Assembly (NCBI GenBank): GCA_965248925.1
Contig: CBDFLE010000006.1
Coordinates: 4,064,001 to 4,128,000 of the forward strand
DNA: 64,000 nucleotides
Reading direction: 5' to 3'
Source of the DNA: Candidatus Multivoradales bacterium
GTDB lineage: Bacteria; Acidobacteriota; Thermoanaerobaculia; Multivoradales; J023
Shown here: one piece after another, positions 1 to 10,245 of the stretch
How positions within the stretch are numbered: position 1 is the stretch's first letter
How the letters are laid out: each line of letters begins with the position of its first letter
Notes under the pieces: model-generated
What the model was told of the DNA's origin: nothing
Seen by the model: only the letters and a program-made list of their open reading frames with translations
The model's database searches: none
Translations under genes and position numbers: made by a program

Positions 1-251
1 TAGACTAGGCTGCCGGTCGTCGTCGGGGCGATATCGACGAAGCGGGTCAGGTCGAGGAGAAAGTCTCGGGTCATCGCCTGGCCGCGCTTGGCTTGGACCA
101 GGTAGTAGAAGTTCGATACCGAGTGCCAGGCGATAAAGGCCATTCCCGGCCTTTGCTGGAGTCCATCGAGAAGCTGGGCTGCCGCACCGGCGAAGGGCTC
201 GCGGTCCAGGGCCAGGTCGATCAGCACGTCGGTGTCGACCAGGATTTTCAC
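1..251 (-). CDS. PIN-domain (VapC-like) toxin, runs off window start
   Basis: Manual translation from GTG at 251: MKILVDTDVLIDLALDREPF...; GTGA overlap with the upstream antitoxin stop. Confidence 0.85.
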   Translation of the reverse strand, partial: MKILVDTDVLIDLALDREPFAGAAAQLLDGLQQRPGMAFIAWHSVSNFYYLVQAKRGQAMTRDFLLDLTRFVDIAPTTTGSLV

Positions 252-481
252 AGAAAACGCTCACTGAGTTTCTCGAATCGCGGACTTGTTGGATCCTGGT
301 TGGCTGAGCTGACCTCGAACCTGCCGCGCCATTTGGACGAAAAAGACCCACGCTCGAGCAGATCGAGTGCGCGCAACGCGCTCTCGATCAGCGATGACAA
401 CGAGACTCCACGCGCTCTGGCATATTGCTTGGCCCTGGGAATCAGCTCCTGATCGATGGTCACGGTCAGCTTGGTCTTCAT
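248..481 (-). CDS. DUF6364-like RHH antitoxin
   Basis: MKTKLTVTIDQELIPRAKQYARARGVSLSSLIE ribbon-helix-helix pattern, directly upstream of the PIN gene. Confidence 0.8.
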   Translation of the reverse strand: MKTKLTVTIDQELIPRAKQYARARGVSLSSLIESALRALDLLERGSFSSKWRGRFEVSSANQDPTSPRFEKLSERFL

Positions 482-866
482 CGGTTCTCCGTATACGTCA
501 TTCAGTGTAGAGTATACGTGGTCTACCCTGCTTCAGGTTGTGAATCTGTAGTTGAGTTTCGCTGTCTACCGCTAGCGCCGATGTGAGCCTCTTGAGGGTT
601 TGATCTTGCCTTGAGCAAGCGGCTCAGAACGCCAACTCGTGAGTCGGATTCTCTACGGTGAAAGTCAGTGTGCGGTGGTCATCATCCCTGTCCAGTACGA
701 CGGTGTTGATCTGCTGCTTGGAGAGGGTGAAGAATAGTCGATTCGACAACGCGCAGTAACCGCGAAAGGCCGGTACGGGAAACTCAATGTAGAGCCAAAT
801 TTGGGCGCTGCAAAAAGGTGTTGAGCCCTTCGTCCGTCCAGGTCCACTGCCGTTCGTCGGAGTTGA

Positions 867-1242
867 CGATCATCGGAAAATAGTTGTGGCGACCTGGTGT
901 CCCTGAGCATCCCAGATGAACTTGCGCGAGCTGGTGAAAGCGAAGTCGTGGCCGTTCTCAGCGCGGTAGATCCAGGTCAGTTTCCGAGCCGGTCAGCCGT
1001 TGCTCGACATCGTCCAGTTCGGCATCGATCACGTAGTCGGCGCGCTGTCGCCAGTATTGCGGCCCGGGCGCGCCGGAGGCGGTGCGGTAGACCGTGGGGC
1101 TCGGCAGAATCTCTTCGAGCTGGCGAAACTTGTCGTCTGAGGAATCCTGCGCCAGGAGGCTAGTGGCAGGGAGTGCCAGGTAGGCCATGAGGCAGAGGCA
1201 GGTGCGAAGAATCCTCGGGATCGAGTGGCAGGCTTTGGTCAT
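867..1242 (-). pseudogene. M1-family aminopeptidase remnant with internal deletion
   Basis: Signal peptide plus YRTASGAPGPQYWRQRADYVIDAELD (M1 N-terminus) joined out of frame to [24 protein letters not shown] (mid-protein M1 motif); no HEXXH region. Confidence 0.7.
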
Positions 1243-1389
1243 TGGCGAGTCCTCACGAGCGCTGACGATCCGCTGTGGACGGATCGCTGAGGGCGGCAGT
1301 GGTTGAGATTCGAAGGCTGAGTTTTTATCCCTCTGCTGGTGTCGGCGAAATCCGGTTTGAGGAGGTAGGTGGTTGGTCTTGGTGTCGGA

Positions 1390-1932
1390 TCAATTTCCCA
1401 ACAGCTCTTCGAGCGCCGAGCGAGTCTTTGGCTGGAGCTGATTTTCGTCGAAATAGCAGGCGACGATGCTCAGCGCTTCTTCCGCCGAAGAAATGTTCAA
1501 GAAACGCAGTAGGTAGCGGACGTCATCCAGGTCATGGAATTCTTCACCGAGGCGCATGGCGGCACACTTCATCGCCAGCAAGTAGTGAGGTTCGGCGACG
1601 TAGACCCGTAGGTTGGCCAGCTCAAGGTAGAGAGCGAACTCGCCGCGCGGACTCAAGAACCCCTTGACGGCGTCATTCAGCCAGGTCACTGGTACTCCGT
1701 CTCGACTGGCGACGCGAGCAGCAGCGGTTCGAATCAGCTGGGTCGGTTTGAACAAAGCGTCGATATCGCGTGTTGCGTCTCGGGCGTTCAGTGCCAGGCA
1801 CATGACAGCACCTCCAACCAGATAGAGTTCGCCGATGGCCTCGACGGATGCTAACTCCTGGTCGAGGAGCTTGAGCAGTCTGCTGATGTCAGCTCTGGTC
1901 AGACTGCTCATGCTGCTAGATGCGGTCGCCAA
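1390..1932 (-). CDS. DUF6036-like nucleotidyltransferase (putative toxin)
   Basis: LYLVGGAVM...ATRDIDA NTase motif; LAMK...DLDD C-terminal motif. Confidence 0.75.
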   Translation of the reverse strand: MATASSSMSSLTRADISRLLKLLDQELASVEAIGELYLVGGAVMCLALNARDATRDIDALFKPTQLIRTAAARVASRDGVPVTWLNDAVKGFLSPRGEFALYLELANLRVYVAEPHYLLAMKCAAMRLGEEFHDLDDVRYLLRFLNISSAEEALSIVACYFDENQLQPKTRSALEELLGN

Positions 1933-2410
1933 CGGTCGAATCGACGAAGATGTTGCGGCGCCGGAATGGTACCGGCGCCGCGTGCAGCAGATGCGGCCGC
2001 AGGCTTGCCGAGGGAGTTGCGAAGTGGGGCTGTTCCAGGGGCTCGATATCTCGCGGCCAGGCTGGAGGAGCGGTGTTTTTCTGGTAGGCGGCCAGTTCGA
2101 CCATCGCCGCGATATAATTCCGCAGGTAGGGCGATAACTGGCCTGGCGGGGCCTCGGCGATCGCCTCTCCGAACTCCACCGGAGCCAAACTAGACAGCAG
2201 GTCGTTGAGTTCGGCGAGCACGAAGCGCGAATCGTCTTTTCCTTCTTCCAGAGCGCGCATCAGCTCAGCGAAACGGGCTCCTGCTTGGGGCAATACTCGA
2301 CTGAGGACATATTCCGACAGTCCTTGCCCAGCTTGCTTCGCCGACCGTCGGAGAGTTGCTTTCTGCTCCGAGGTCACGCGAATCTGCAAATACTCGGATT
2401 TTGCGGCCAT
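1916..2410 (-). CDS. DUF1778/RHH-like DNA-binding protein (putative antitoxin)
   Basis: KSEYLQIRVTSEQKATLRRSAKQAGQGLSEYVL RHH N-terminus; overlaps the NTase ORF. Confidence 0.65.
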   Translation of the reverse strand: MAAKSEYLQIRVTSEQKATLRRSAKQAGQGLSEYVLSRVLPQAGARFAELMRALEEGKDDSRFVLAELNDLLSSLAPVEFGEAIAEAPPGQLSPYLRNYIAAMVELAAYQKNTAPPAWPRDIEPLEQPHFATPSASLRPHLLHAAPVPFRRRNIFVDSTVGDRI

Positions 2411-2419
2411 GATCCAGTG

Positions 2420-2465
2420 AGTGTAGGCGCCATTTCCTTGCGATGTCAATACGTATGTCATGACA
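2420..2465 (-). promoter_or_regulatory. sigma70-like promoter TTGACA-N18-TACACT with TGACA-containing operator repeats
   Basis: -35 at 2449-2444, -10 at 2425-2420, ATG at 2410; TGTCATGACA palindrome at 2456-2465. Confidence 0.55.
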
Positions 2466-2506
2466 ACCGTGGAGTGACAACTCTTGAACCTGCCCGGGGG
2501 CGCTGC

Positions 2507-3847
2507 TCAGGGCGAGTCGCCAACGCTGGCCCAATACCCACCTCGTGAATGGTCGAAGACCGCTTCCCGGCCGCTGACCGTGGGATCGACTTGGCCGTTG
2601 CGGAAGACCTCCTGACCGAGTACCCAGGTGCGGACCGGCCAGCCCGTGAGGGTGCTGCCGTGCCAGGGGCTCCAGCGGCTCTTGGTGAGTTGATCGTGAT
2701 CCAGAATGGTGGCTTCTTTGGCCAGGTCGACGAGCACCAGATCGGCGTCGTAGCCTTCCTCGATGCGCCCCTTGCCGACCAAGTCCCAGACCCTCGCTGG
2801 AGCGTCGCACATCCAGGCGACGACCTGTTGCAGGGTGATGTTGTCGCGGTGGACTTGGTCGAGCATCAAGGCCAGAGAATTCTCGACTGCTGGCAAACCG
2901 GAAGGCGATTGGGGGTAAGGCTGAGCCTTTTCTTCCAGGGTATGCGGAGCGTGGTCGGTGGCGACGACCTGCAAGCGGCCAGCAGATAGCGCTCGCCACA
3001 GCTCTTGGCGGTCGGTGGCTGTCTTGATCGAGGGATTCATCTGCACGCGGCTGCCGAGGCGCGGGTAGTCGCCGAGGTCGAAGAATAGGTGGTGCAGGCA
3101 GGCTTCGCCGGTGATCAGCTGGCGGTGGTCGGCCAACAGGTGGGCTTCGGCAGCGGTCGAAACGTGCAGTACATGGAAGCGGTGGTGGTGGCGAAAAGCC
3201 AGGTCGAGAGCCCGGCGGGTGGCGATGATGGCAGCGCGATGATCGCGGATCCGCGAATGGTCGGCGAGCACCAGATCGTCGCCAAGGGCCTGGCGATTGC
3301 CACGAACGGTGGCTTCGTCCTCGCAGTGGGCGGTGATCGGCAGCCGGGTCTCGGCGAAGATCCGCTCCAGCGCGTCCTGGTTGTCGACCAGTAAATCACC
3401 GGTCGAAGAGCCGATGAAGATCTTGATCCCGGGAGTTCGCTCAGCGGCTTTCAGCTCGGCGAGATTGCCGGGAGTGGCGCCAATGTAGAAGCCGAAGTTC
3501 ACCCGGCTCTTGCTCGCCGCTAGCTCCAGCTTGCGATGTAGCAACCCGACGGTGGTGGTGGCCGGCTGGGTGTTGGGCATCTCTAGGAAAGTGGTGACAC
3601 CACCTTTGGCGCAAGCGCTGCTGCCGCTGCGGAGATCTTCTTTGTGAGTTAAGCCGGGCTCGCGGAAGTGAACTTGGTCGTCGATGACCCCCGGCAGCAG
3701 ATGCAGGCCGGTGGCTTCGACCACTTGCTCGTACCGGCCTCCGGCCGGCGCGCCGAGGTGCACGATACGGCCGCCATCGAGGGCGATATCGGTGAGGATG
3801 GTCTCGCCGGGCAACACACAGGTGGCACCGCGAATCAAAGTAGACAT
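2507..3847 (-). CDS. pyrC: Dihydroorotase
   Basis: [31 protein letters not shown] motifs. Confidence 0.9.
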   Translation of the reverse strand: MSTLIRGATCVLPGETILTDIALDGGRIVHLGAPAGGRYEQVVEATGLHLLPGVIDDQVHFREPGLTHKEDLRSGSSACAKGGVTTFLEMPNTQPATTTVGLLHRKLELAASKSRVNFGFYIGATPGNLAELKAAERTPGIKIFIGSSTGDLLVDNQDALERIFAETRLPITAHCEDEATVRGNRQALGDDLVLADHSRIRDHRAAIIATRRALDLAFRHHHRFHVLHVSTAAEAHLLADHRQLITGEACLHHLFFDLGDYPRLGSRVQMNPSIKTATDRQELWRALSAGRLQVVATDHAPHTLEEKAQPYPQSPSGLPAVENSLALMLDQVHRDNITLQQVVAWMCDAPARVWDLVGKGRIEEGYDADLVLVDLAKEATILDHDQLTKSRWSPWHGSTLTGWPVRTWVLGQEVFRNGQVDPTVSGREAVFDHSRGGYWASVGDSP

Positions 3848-4021
3848 GGATACAGGCTCCTTTACCGCAAGACTAGCGGAATGTGCCTTGGCGGGTGCAT
3901 TTTGGGGTGTTCCGAACCCTCTACTCTGGCCAGATGGGTTGCGATGTGGCAGTCTTCACCGGAGTTTTTCGAAGGTTGCCGAGCGCCCACAGGTCCGTCG
4001 CCGTGCTCGAGTGAAATAACG

Positions 4022-5374
4022 ATGTCAAGTCAGCACCGAGCCGAAAGCTGGATGCAGAGTCTGCGCAGCGGGAAACACCGGGTCTTCGTCCTGGTCTGGC
4101 TGGGGCAATGGGTCTCGGTGATGGGTTCGTCGATGACCACCTTCGCTCTCGGGGTGTGGATCTTGCAGCACACCGGCTCGGTGACGCAGTTTGGGTTGGC
4201 CTACTTGCTCACTCAATTGCCCGGCATCTTGATCTCCCCGCTGGCGGGTGCTCTCACCGATCGTTGGGATCGACGCTGGGTGATGGTGCTGAGCGATTCG
4301 GTCGCGGCTCTGGCCACTCTGGCGATGGTGCTATTGCTCTATTTTGATCGTCTACAGACCTGGCATATCTACCCGGCGATGGCGATGAACTCCATAGCGG
4401 CGGCATTCCAATGGCCGGCCTACAGCGCTGCGACGACTCTGATGGTGCCCAAGAACTCGCTCAGCCGGGCCAGTGGCATGGTGCAGATGGCGCAGTCGGC
4501 AGCGCGCATCGTCTCTCCCTTTCTCGCTGGCCTGCTGCTCTCCAGGATTCGTATCGAAGGAGTGCTGCTGATCGATGTAGTGTCGTTCTGCTTCGCGCTG
4601 CTGGTGTTGTTGACGGTGCGTTTTCCGCGGCCGCCGAAGCTGCCGGAGCTAGTTCAGCGGCAGAGCTTGTGGCGCGACGCAGTCCGTGGTTGGACCTACA
4701 TCCGGCAACGGGGTGGGTTGCTCGCGCTGGTGATCTTCTTCGGTCTAGTTAATTTTTCGATTGGTTTTGCGCAGGTGCTGGTGACGCCGATGGTGCTCAG
4801 TTTTGCCTCCGAGCAAGTCTTGGGGGCGGTGCTGTCGATCGGTGGAGTCGGCATGCTGCTCGGCAGCGTCGTGATGAGTGTCTGGGGAGGGCCGCGGCGG
4901 CGAATTCTCGGGGTGCTCGGATTTGCCCTGCTGCACGGCGTCAGCCACATCATGCTCGGCTTGTCACCGTCACCGACGCTGATCGCCATATCCCTCTTCC
5001 TGCTGTTCTTCGCCATGCCTTTTATCAACGGCTGTAGCCAGGCGATCTGGCAGACCAAGGTGCCACCCGCGTTGCAGGGCAGGGTGTTCGCCATCCGCCG
5101 GATGATCGCCTGGTCGACCCTGCCGGCGGCCTACTTGGTTTCGGGGCCAGTGGCGGACCACCTCTTCGAGCCGATGATGGCGGCGGATGGTCTGTTGGCG
5201 AATAGTGTCGGTATGGTGATCGGTGTCGGTCCGGGACGTGGCATGGGTTTATTGTTCGTCCTGCTGGGCTTTGCTAGCCTGTTGATCGCGTTGATCTCTT
5301 TCGCCGTGCCCAAGATGCGCCGGGTGGAAGAGGATCTGCCGGACATGATCGATGAGGAACCCGAGCTCGCCTGA
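4022..5374 (+). CDS. MFS transporter (DHA3/macrolide efflux-like)
   Basis: About 12 hydrophobic segments, AGALTDRWDRR motif A, QGRVFA; start moved to MSSQHRAE. Confidence 0.88.
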   Translation: MSSQHRAESWMQSLRSGKHRVFVLVWLGQWVSVMGSSMTTFALGVWILQHTGSVTQFGLAYLLTQLPGILISPLAGALTDRWDRRWVMVLSDSVAALATLAMVLLLYFDRLQTWHIYPAMAMNSIAAAFQWPAYSAATTLMVPKNSLSRASGMVQMAQSAARIVSPFLAGLLLSRIRIEGVLLIDVVSFCFALLVLLTVRFPRPPKLPELVQRQSLWRDAVRGWTYIRQRGGLLALVIFFGLVNFSIGFAQVLVTPMVLSFASEQVLGAVLSIGGVGMLLGSVVMSVWGGPRRRILGVLGFALLHGVSHIMLGLSPSPTLIAISLFLLFFAMPFINGCSQAIWQTKVPPALQGRVFAIRRMIAWSTLPAAYLVSGPVADHLFEPMMAADGLLANSVGMVIGVGPGRGMGLLFVLLGFASLLIALISFAVPKMRRVEEDLPDMIDEEPELA

Positions 5375-5411
5375 GTGGCCACCGGGCCTGGAGGGAAAGA
5401 GGAAACTGGCG

Positions 5412-6341
5412 ATGCGAGTGAGCGATCTACGCCTGTTGGTTGCCTGCGACAGTTGCAAGACTCAACTCGACGCCAGTGGCCTGGCCGGCGGCAGTCGATT
5501 TCATTGCGGTTGCGGCGAGTTGGTGGAGGTGCCGACAGTCACCCCACATGACGCCGCGGTGGTGCGCTGTGCGTCCTGTGGTGCGCCGCGCCAAGCCGGG
5601 AGTGCTGCTTGCGGCCATTGCAGCTCGGATTTCACTCTGCACGAGCAAGATCTTCACACCATCTGTCCGGAGTGTTGGACGCGGATCGGAGACCGGTCGT
5701 CTTTCTGCCATTCTTGCGGACTGATCATCGCTCCCCAAGGCGAAGTTGGCGAAGCCAGCGAGCACCGCTGTCCAGCTTGCGTTGGCGAGCGCCAGCTGAC
5801 CCGGCGTGAGCTGGGCGGTATCGGGGTGCTCGAATGCCCGGGCTGTGCTGGCCTGTGGCTCGCCAGCAAGACCTTTCATCGTCTCGAAGAACGAGCCAAG
5901 GGCCGAGCTTCGCCGTGGCAGCCAGGGCGGTTGTCAAGACAGCCTCAGTCGCCTCTCACTCCAGGATCGCCGGCCGCGGCGGCCTACCGGCCCTGTGTCG
6001 AGTGCGGCGCCTTGATGAACCGGCAGAACTATGCTCGCAGGAGTGGCGTGCTGATCGATGTCTGTGCGGCCCATGGGGTCTGGTTCGACACTGACGAACT
6101 GGAGCGTATCTTGGCCTGGATCAGAGCTGGTGGGCTGGAGCGTAGCCGTCAGTTGGAGGCTGAAGGACGCCGTCAAGCTGAGCGCATTCAACCGAGTCGT
6201 GGTGGGCTGGCCTCCGCCACCGCCGGCGAGGTGCTGTACGGCGGTGGGGTCCGTGGAGGGTCGGGGGGATGTAGCCATTGGGGCGGCCGCTTCTGGCTGG
6301 TGGATCTGCTCGATGGCCTGATCGAGATATTTTCTGAGTAA
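5412..6341 (+). CDS. Multi zinc-ribbon protein (zf-TFIIB-like domains)
   Basis: Many CxxC pairs; ECPGCAGLWL and DVCAAHGVWFDTDEL zf-TFIIB-type motifs. Confidence 0.8.
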   Translation: MRVSDLRLLVACDSCKTQLDASGLAGGSRFHCGCGELVEVPTVTPHDAAVVRCASCGAPRQAGSAACGHCSSDFTLHEQDLHTICPECWTRIGDRSSFCHSCGLIIAPQGEVGEASEHRCPACVGERQLTRRELGGIGVLECPGCAGLWLASKTFHRLEERAKGRASPWQPGRLSRQPQSPLTPGSPAAAAYRPCVECGALMNRQNYARRSGVLIDVCAAHGVWFDTDELERILAWIRAGGLERSRQLEAEGRRQAERIQPSRGGLASATAGEVLYGGGVRGGSGGCSHWGGRFWLVDLLDGLIEIFSE

Positions 6342-6363
6342 GGCGCGGCTTGGTTGGCTCGGT

Positions 6364-7176
6364 TCAGTGGGCCTTGCTACGCATCTCAGTGGCTTTGACC
6401 TGGAACAGCTGGTGGTCCTCCAGCCGCAAGGCGGAGAGCTTGCCTCCCCAAGCCGCGCCGCTGTCGAGTGCGCTGATGCCGGGTGCCAGGTGAATCCCCT
6501 GGGCGGCCCAGTGGCCGCACAGCACCTCCACCTTTCGGCTCTGACGATCCTTGGCCTCGAACCATGGACGATGCCCCGCGGGGGCGTTCTTCGGCGGTCC
6601 GGAGTAGCTACTCGGCTGACCCGTGGCGTCGAGGGTGCGCAGCCGGGTCATGACTGCCAGCGCGGTACGTAGTTGTTGGGTTTCCGCGTCCAGCTTGCCT
6701 CGAGGGTGGTGGGAGAGTATCGCCTTAGCTGCCGGGCCGCGCAAACGCTGTTCGATAGCGCGGGCCAGCCTCTCCGCCTGCTTGGGCTTCCAGCTCGGCA
6801 GTAGGCCGGCATGGACTAGCAGGGTTTTCTTGCGTCGGTGGATCAGAGGTTGGGCGAGCAGCCAACGTACTAATCGTGGCCGGTCCTCGGCCGCCAACAG
6901 AGGGTCGAGAGTGTCTTTCCCCCGGCGCCGCGAATAGCCGAGGACCAGGGCGAGCAAGTGGAGATCGTGATTACCCAATACGGTGACGAAGCGCTTGCCC
7001 ATTTGCTGTTGGGTCGCTCGAGCCCAGCGCAGCGCTTGCAGCGACTCGGGACCGCGGTTGACCAGGTCGCCGGTCAGCCACAAGTGGTCTTGATCGTAGT
7101 TTGGCTGGATCTTGCGCAGCAGGCGCTTGAGGGTGTCGAAACAGCCGTGGATGTCGCCAATAACGTAGGTTGACAT
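6364..7176 (-). CDS. apaH: Symmetrical bis(5'-nucleosyl)-tetraphosphatase
   Basis: GDIHGC, GDLVNRGP, LGNHDLH, VHAG, GHWAAQG, LDSG motifs. Confidence 0.92.
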   Translation of the reverse strand: MSTYVIGDIHGCFDTLKRLLRKIQPNYDQDHLWLTGDLVNRGPESLQALRWARATQQQMGKRFVTVLGNHDLHLLALVLGYSRRRGKDTLDPLLAAEDRPRLVRWLLAQPLIHRRKKTLLVHAGLLPSWKPKQAERLARAIEQRLRGPAAKAILSHHPRGKLDAETQQLRTALAVMTRLRTLDATGQPSSYSGPPKNAPAGHRPWFEAKDRQSRKVEVLCGHWAAQGIHLAPGISALDSGAAWGGKLSALRLEDHQLFQVKATEMRSKAH

Positions 7177-7252
7177 GCGATAGTCCGGCGGCATCGGGCG
7201 CTGGGTCGAGCCCGATGCACTGGTGGCGAGAGCCGAGTAGGGCGCAGCAGCC

Positions 7253-7501
7253 CTAGGCTTTCTTGACTAAGCCGACGAGGAAGAGCAGCACCACCGCGCC
7301 GATCAAGGCAGTGAGGATCGAGCCTAGCATTCCGCTGAAGAAGGAGATGCCGAGAGCGCCGAAGATGAAGCCGCCCAGAATGCCACCGAGGATGCCGACA
7401 ACAATGTTGCCGAGCATTCCAAAGCCGCGGCCCTTCATCACCTGGCCGGCAAGAAAGCCGGCGATCGCACCGACGATCAGTTGGTAGAGAATAGTCATCA
7501 A
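7253..7501 (-). CDS. GlsB/YeaQ/YmgE family small membrane protein
   Basis: 82 aa, three Gly-rich TM helices, GAIAGFLAG...NIVVGILGG. Confidence 0.88.
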   Translation of the reverse strand: MMTILYQLIVGAIAGFLAGQVMKGRGFGMLGNIVVGILGGILGGFIFGALGISFFSGMLGSILTALIGAVVLLFLVGLVKKA

Positions 7502-7746
7502 GATCTCCTTGTTGGTTGTTCCAGATCATGGCGCCTAAGAGTCGTGGGACCGGGTCCGCAAACCGAGGTCTCAGCTGAGCCTTGATCAGCAGCCCCATTT
7601 CTTCGGGCACATCCCAACCGAGTTGCCGCGGAGGGCACATTCACCTTCAGCTGGTCCCAGAAAGGCGAGACGGCGGATACTGGAAGTTGTGGCTGCATCT
7701 TACACCAACCTTTAGGCTCCGGCCTCCGCGGAGTACCGGCGGCGGC

Positions 7747-10161
7747 TCAGGGGCGATCCTGAAGGGGGAACAGTGCTTCCAACCAACGGTCGTTGCGTGA
7801 CTTCCAACTCTCGAATCCGTGGCCGTCTTGAACCTCGCCACCGGCCGGCTGATAGCCGTGCTGGCTAAGTTCTTCGAGCAGCCGACGGTTGCTCTTCACC
7901 AGGCTCCAGCCTTCGCGCTCGGCGCGCAGGTCGAAGCGGCCCCAATCGAGGTAGATCAGCAGCGGAACTTGCTCGGCAGATTGCAGTAGCGAGTTCACGG
8001 CCTGCTCTTGTCGGGTGAGCAAGAAAGTGGATTGTAGGCCGAGTTTGCCGACCAGATGGGGTTGGTTCAGGGTGACGTTGAGGGCCGCGAAAGCGCCGAA
8101 AAAAGAACCGATGTTGGCCCGCTGATCGGCGCTGGGCAGGGTGCGAAAGCGCTGGTCGATCAGTGGCACGATCTGCTCTGCGAACAGTTTCACGTAGGCC
8201 TCGCCGAGCATCTCCCCAAATTGCTCCGGGGCGATCTGCTGAATGTACACCGCAATCAGCGGCTCGACACTCTTGCCAATCAGGTTGTCGAGGCTGTTTT
8301 CGAGCTGTCCCCAGCGCCGCACGGCGCCTCCCCAATGGACGTAGGCTACCGGGTAGCGGCGCCCGTCGTCCTCGTCGTAGCCCGGCGGCAGGTAAATATT
8401 TAGGGAGCGTTTGCCGTCGAAACCCTCGCTTTCTATCTCGATCGTCTCGATCCGGCCACGCGGTCCAGTGGGTTCCTGCAGATGGCTCGGCAGATGCCAA
8501 GCCGGCATGGCGAACCAGGAGTGCTGGCCATCGCGGTAGTGTTCCGTCGTCCGGGGGTTCTTCGGGTCGGGCAGCTGATCTTCGAAATCGCGGATGAAGT
8601 GATAGTTCAGTCGCGCGTCGGTCGGCAAACGGGTGGAGTAGTGAAACAGCTGAGTGCCAGCGACCTGGACCATTGCCTCCTCCAGCCGGTCGCCAATCCA
8701 ATCGCTGGCAATGGCCATATCTTGAGCTTCGCCGTGATAGAGAAAATGTACCTGATTGCCCTCGATCAGCGGCATTTCGGGATGTTGGGCGAAGAAAGCA
8801 GCGATCAGCTCCGTTGGCTCGGTCGCTGTTTCGAGCTTGGCGAGAAAGGCGTCGGTGGCGCCCAGCGCTGCGGCGCGGATTCCTCCCGTCGCCCCCGGGG
8901 GGCTGGCCGGCCGCAGCCGAACTCGGGCTAAGTGGCCCATGCTGCGAGCAAAGATGGCGCCCTCCGCATAGCTCGCTGGCGTCCAGGAATCGTCTTTGAA
9001 GAGTTCCAGGCCAGCGACCTCGCGGTAGCCTTCAGAGCTAGCTTCGGCGACGTGCAGGGAGCCTCTTTTGGTGGTCAGCACCAAGTGGTCGCCGACGCCG
9101 ATGACAAAGCCGTCGCCCGGCTGGCGTGATTTCCAAACCGCCTCACCGCTGGCGGCGTCGACAGCGGTGAGGAAGCGGCTGCTGTAGCCGTAGAGATGCT
9201 CACCGTGGACCACCGGTGTGCTGTAGGTGCCACGGATCGAGCGGCTAGTCCATAGGGTTTCGAGTCGAGGCGTTGCGGGCTGTTGGTTGTCGCCCTGGCC
9301 AAACTGATAAAGCATGCTTTCAGGCCTGGTCGAAGTCATGAACAAGCGCTCTTGGCCCAGCAGCACCGGATTCAGGGTGCTGCCGCCCATCGCCGACTGA
9401 TCGCCGCCGTGTTCCTGCTGCCAGAGGATTGTACCCGTCCGGGCGTCGAGACCAAAAAGCTGAGAGTTGCCAGCCGCCAAGATCTGGCGTTGCCCTCCGA
9501 GTTCGGTGACGATCGGCGATTGGTAGTTGACGCCGTCCTTGCCGACTCTCCAGAGCTCCTTGCCGGTCGCTGGATCGAAACCGCTGATCGCCGTGTCTTC
9601 GCGACCTAGCTGCACGACCAGCACGCCACCGTCGAGCACCGGTGAAGTCGAAAAGCCATAGTGAGGCTTGGTCGCTCCGAGGTCTTCGACCACATTTTGC
9701 GACCAGATCAGCTGGCCGTCGGCCAACGATAGAGCCACCAGCTGGCCCCGCGGGGCCAGGGCAAACACCCGCCCAGCGGCGAGCAAGGGGGTCGAAATCG
9801 GGCCGTCGTGCGAACCATCATGGCCGACATAGGTGGGACCGATGGTGTGGCGCCACAGCTCGTGTCCGTCGCTGCTGGCGAAGGCCGCGAGATGATCTTG
9901 CTGGCCGTCCGAGAACATCGTCACCGCTTTGCCATCGGCGATCGAGACACTCGAGTAGCCAGGGCCGATGGCGGTCATCCAAACGACTTCCAGGGTCGTC
10001 GCGCCGGCCACTTCAAGGGATGTCGGGACCTTGCCCGAGTAGTTTGGACCGCGCCAGCCTGGCCAATCGTCAGCGGTCGCTGGGAGGACTGTCGAAATGC
10101 AGATAGATAGAGCTGCCCAACAGGGCAGGAAGGTGCAGCGGCGACGGGCGAGTAACAACAT
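7747..10161 (-). CDS. PQQ-like beta-propeller fused to an enterochelin-esterase-like alpha/beta-hydrolase domain
   Basis: Signal peptide, DWPGWRGP start, propeller repeats (TGKELWR); IYLPPGY...YPV esterase motif. Confidence 0.8.
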   Translation of the reverse strand: MLLLARRRCTFLPCWAALSICISTVLPATADDWPGWRGPNYSGKVPTSLEVAGATTLEVVWMTAIGPGYSSVSIADGKAVTMFSDGQQDHLAAFASSDGHELWRHTIGPTYVGHDGSHDGPISTPLLAAGRVFALAPRGQLVALSLADGQLIWSQNVVEDLGATKPHYGFSTSPVLDGGVLVVQLGREDTAISGFDPATGKELWRVGKDGVNYQSPIVTELGGQRQILAAGNSQLFGLDARTGTILWQQEHGGDQSAMGGSTLNPVLLGQERLFMTSTRPESMLYQFGQGDNQQPATPRLETLWTSRSIRGTYSTPVVHGEHLYGYSSRFLTAVDAASGEAVWKSRQPGDGFVIGVGDHLVLTTKRGSLHVAEASSEGYREVAGLELFKDDSWTPASYAEGAIFARSMGHLARVRLRPASPPGATGGIRAAALGATDAFLAKLETATEPTELIAAFFAQHPEMPLIEGNQVHFLYHGEAQDMAIASDWIGDRLEEAMVQVAGTQLFHYSTRLPTDARLNYHFIRDFEDQLPDPKNPRTTEHYRDGQHSWFAMPAWHLPSHLQEPTGPRGRIETIEIESEGFDGKRSLNIYLPPGYDEDDGRRYPVAYVHWGGAVRRWGQLENSLDNLIGKSVEPLIAVYIQQIAPEQFGEMLGEAYVKLFAEQIVPLIDQRFRTLPSADQRANIGSFFGAFAALNVTLNQPHLVGKLGLQSTFLLTRQEQAVNSLLQSAEQVPLLIYLDWGRFDLRAEREGWSLVKSNRRLLEELSQHGYQPAGGEVQDGHGFESWKSRNDRWLEALFPLQDRP

Positions 10162-10245
10162 TTTTAGACCTCTACGGAATGAGCGGGCTAGTGCTTCTCA
10201 AGATTGGGCGTGCTGAATAGCTACGCCGTCGAGAGCTGAAAAATC

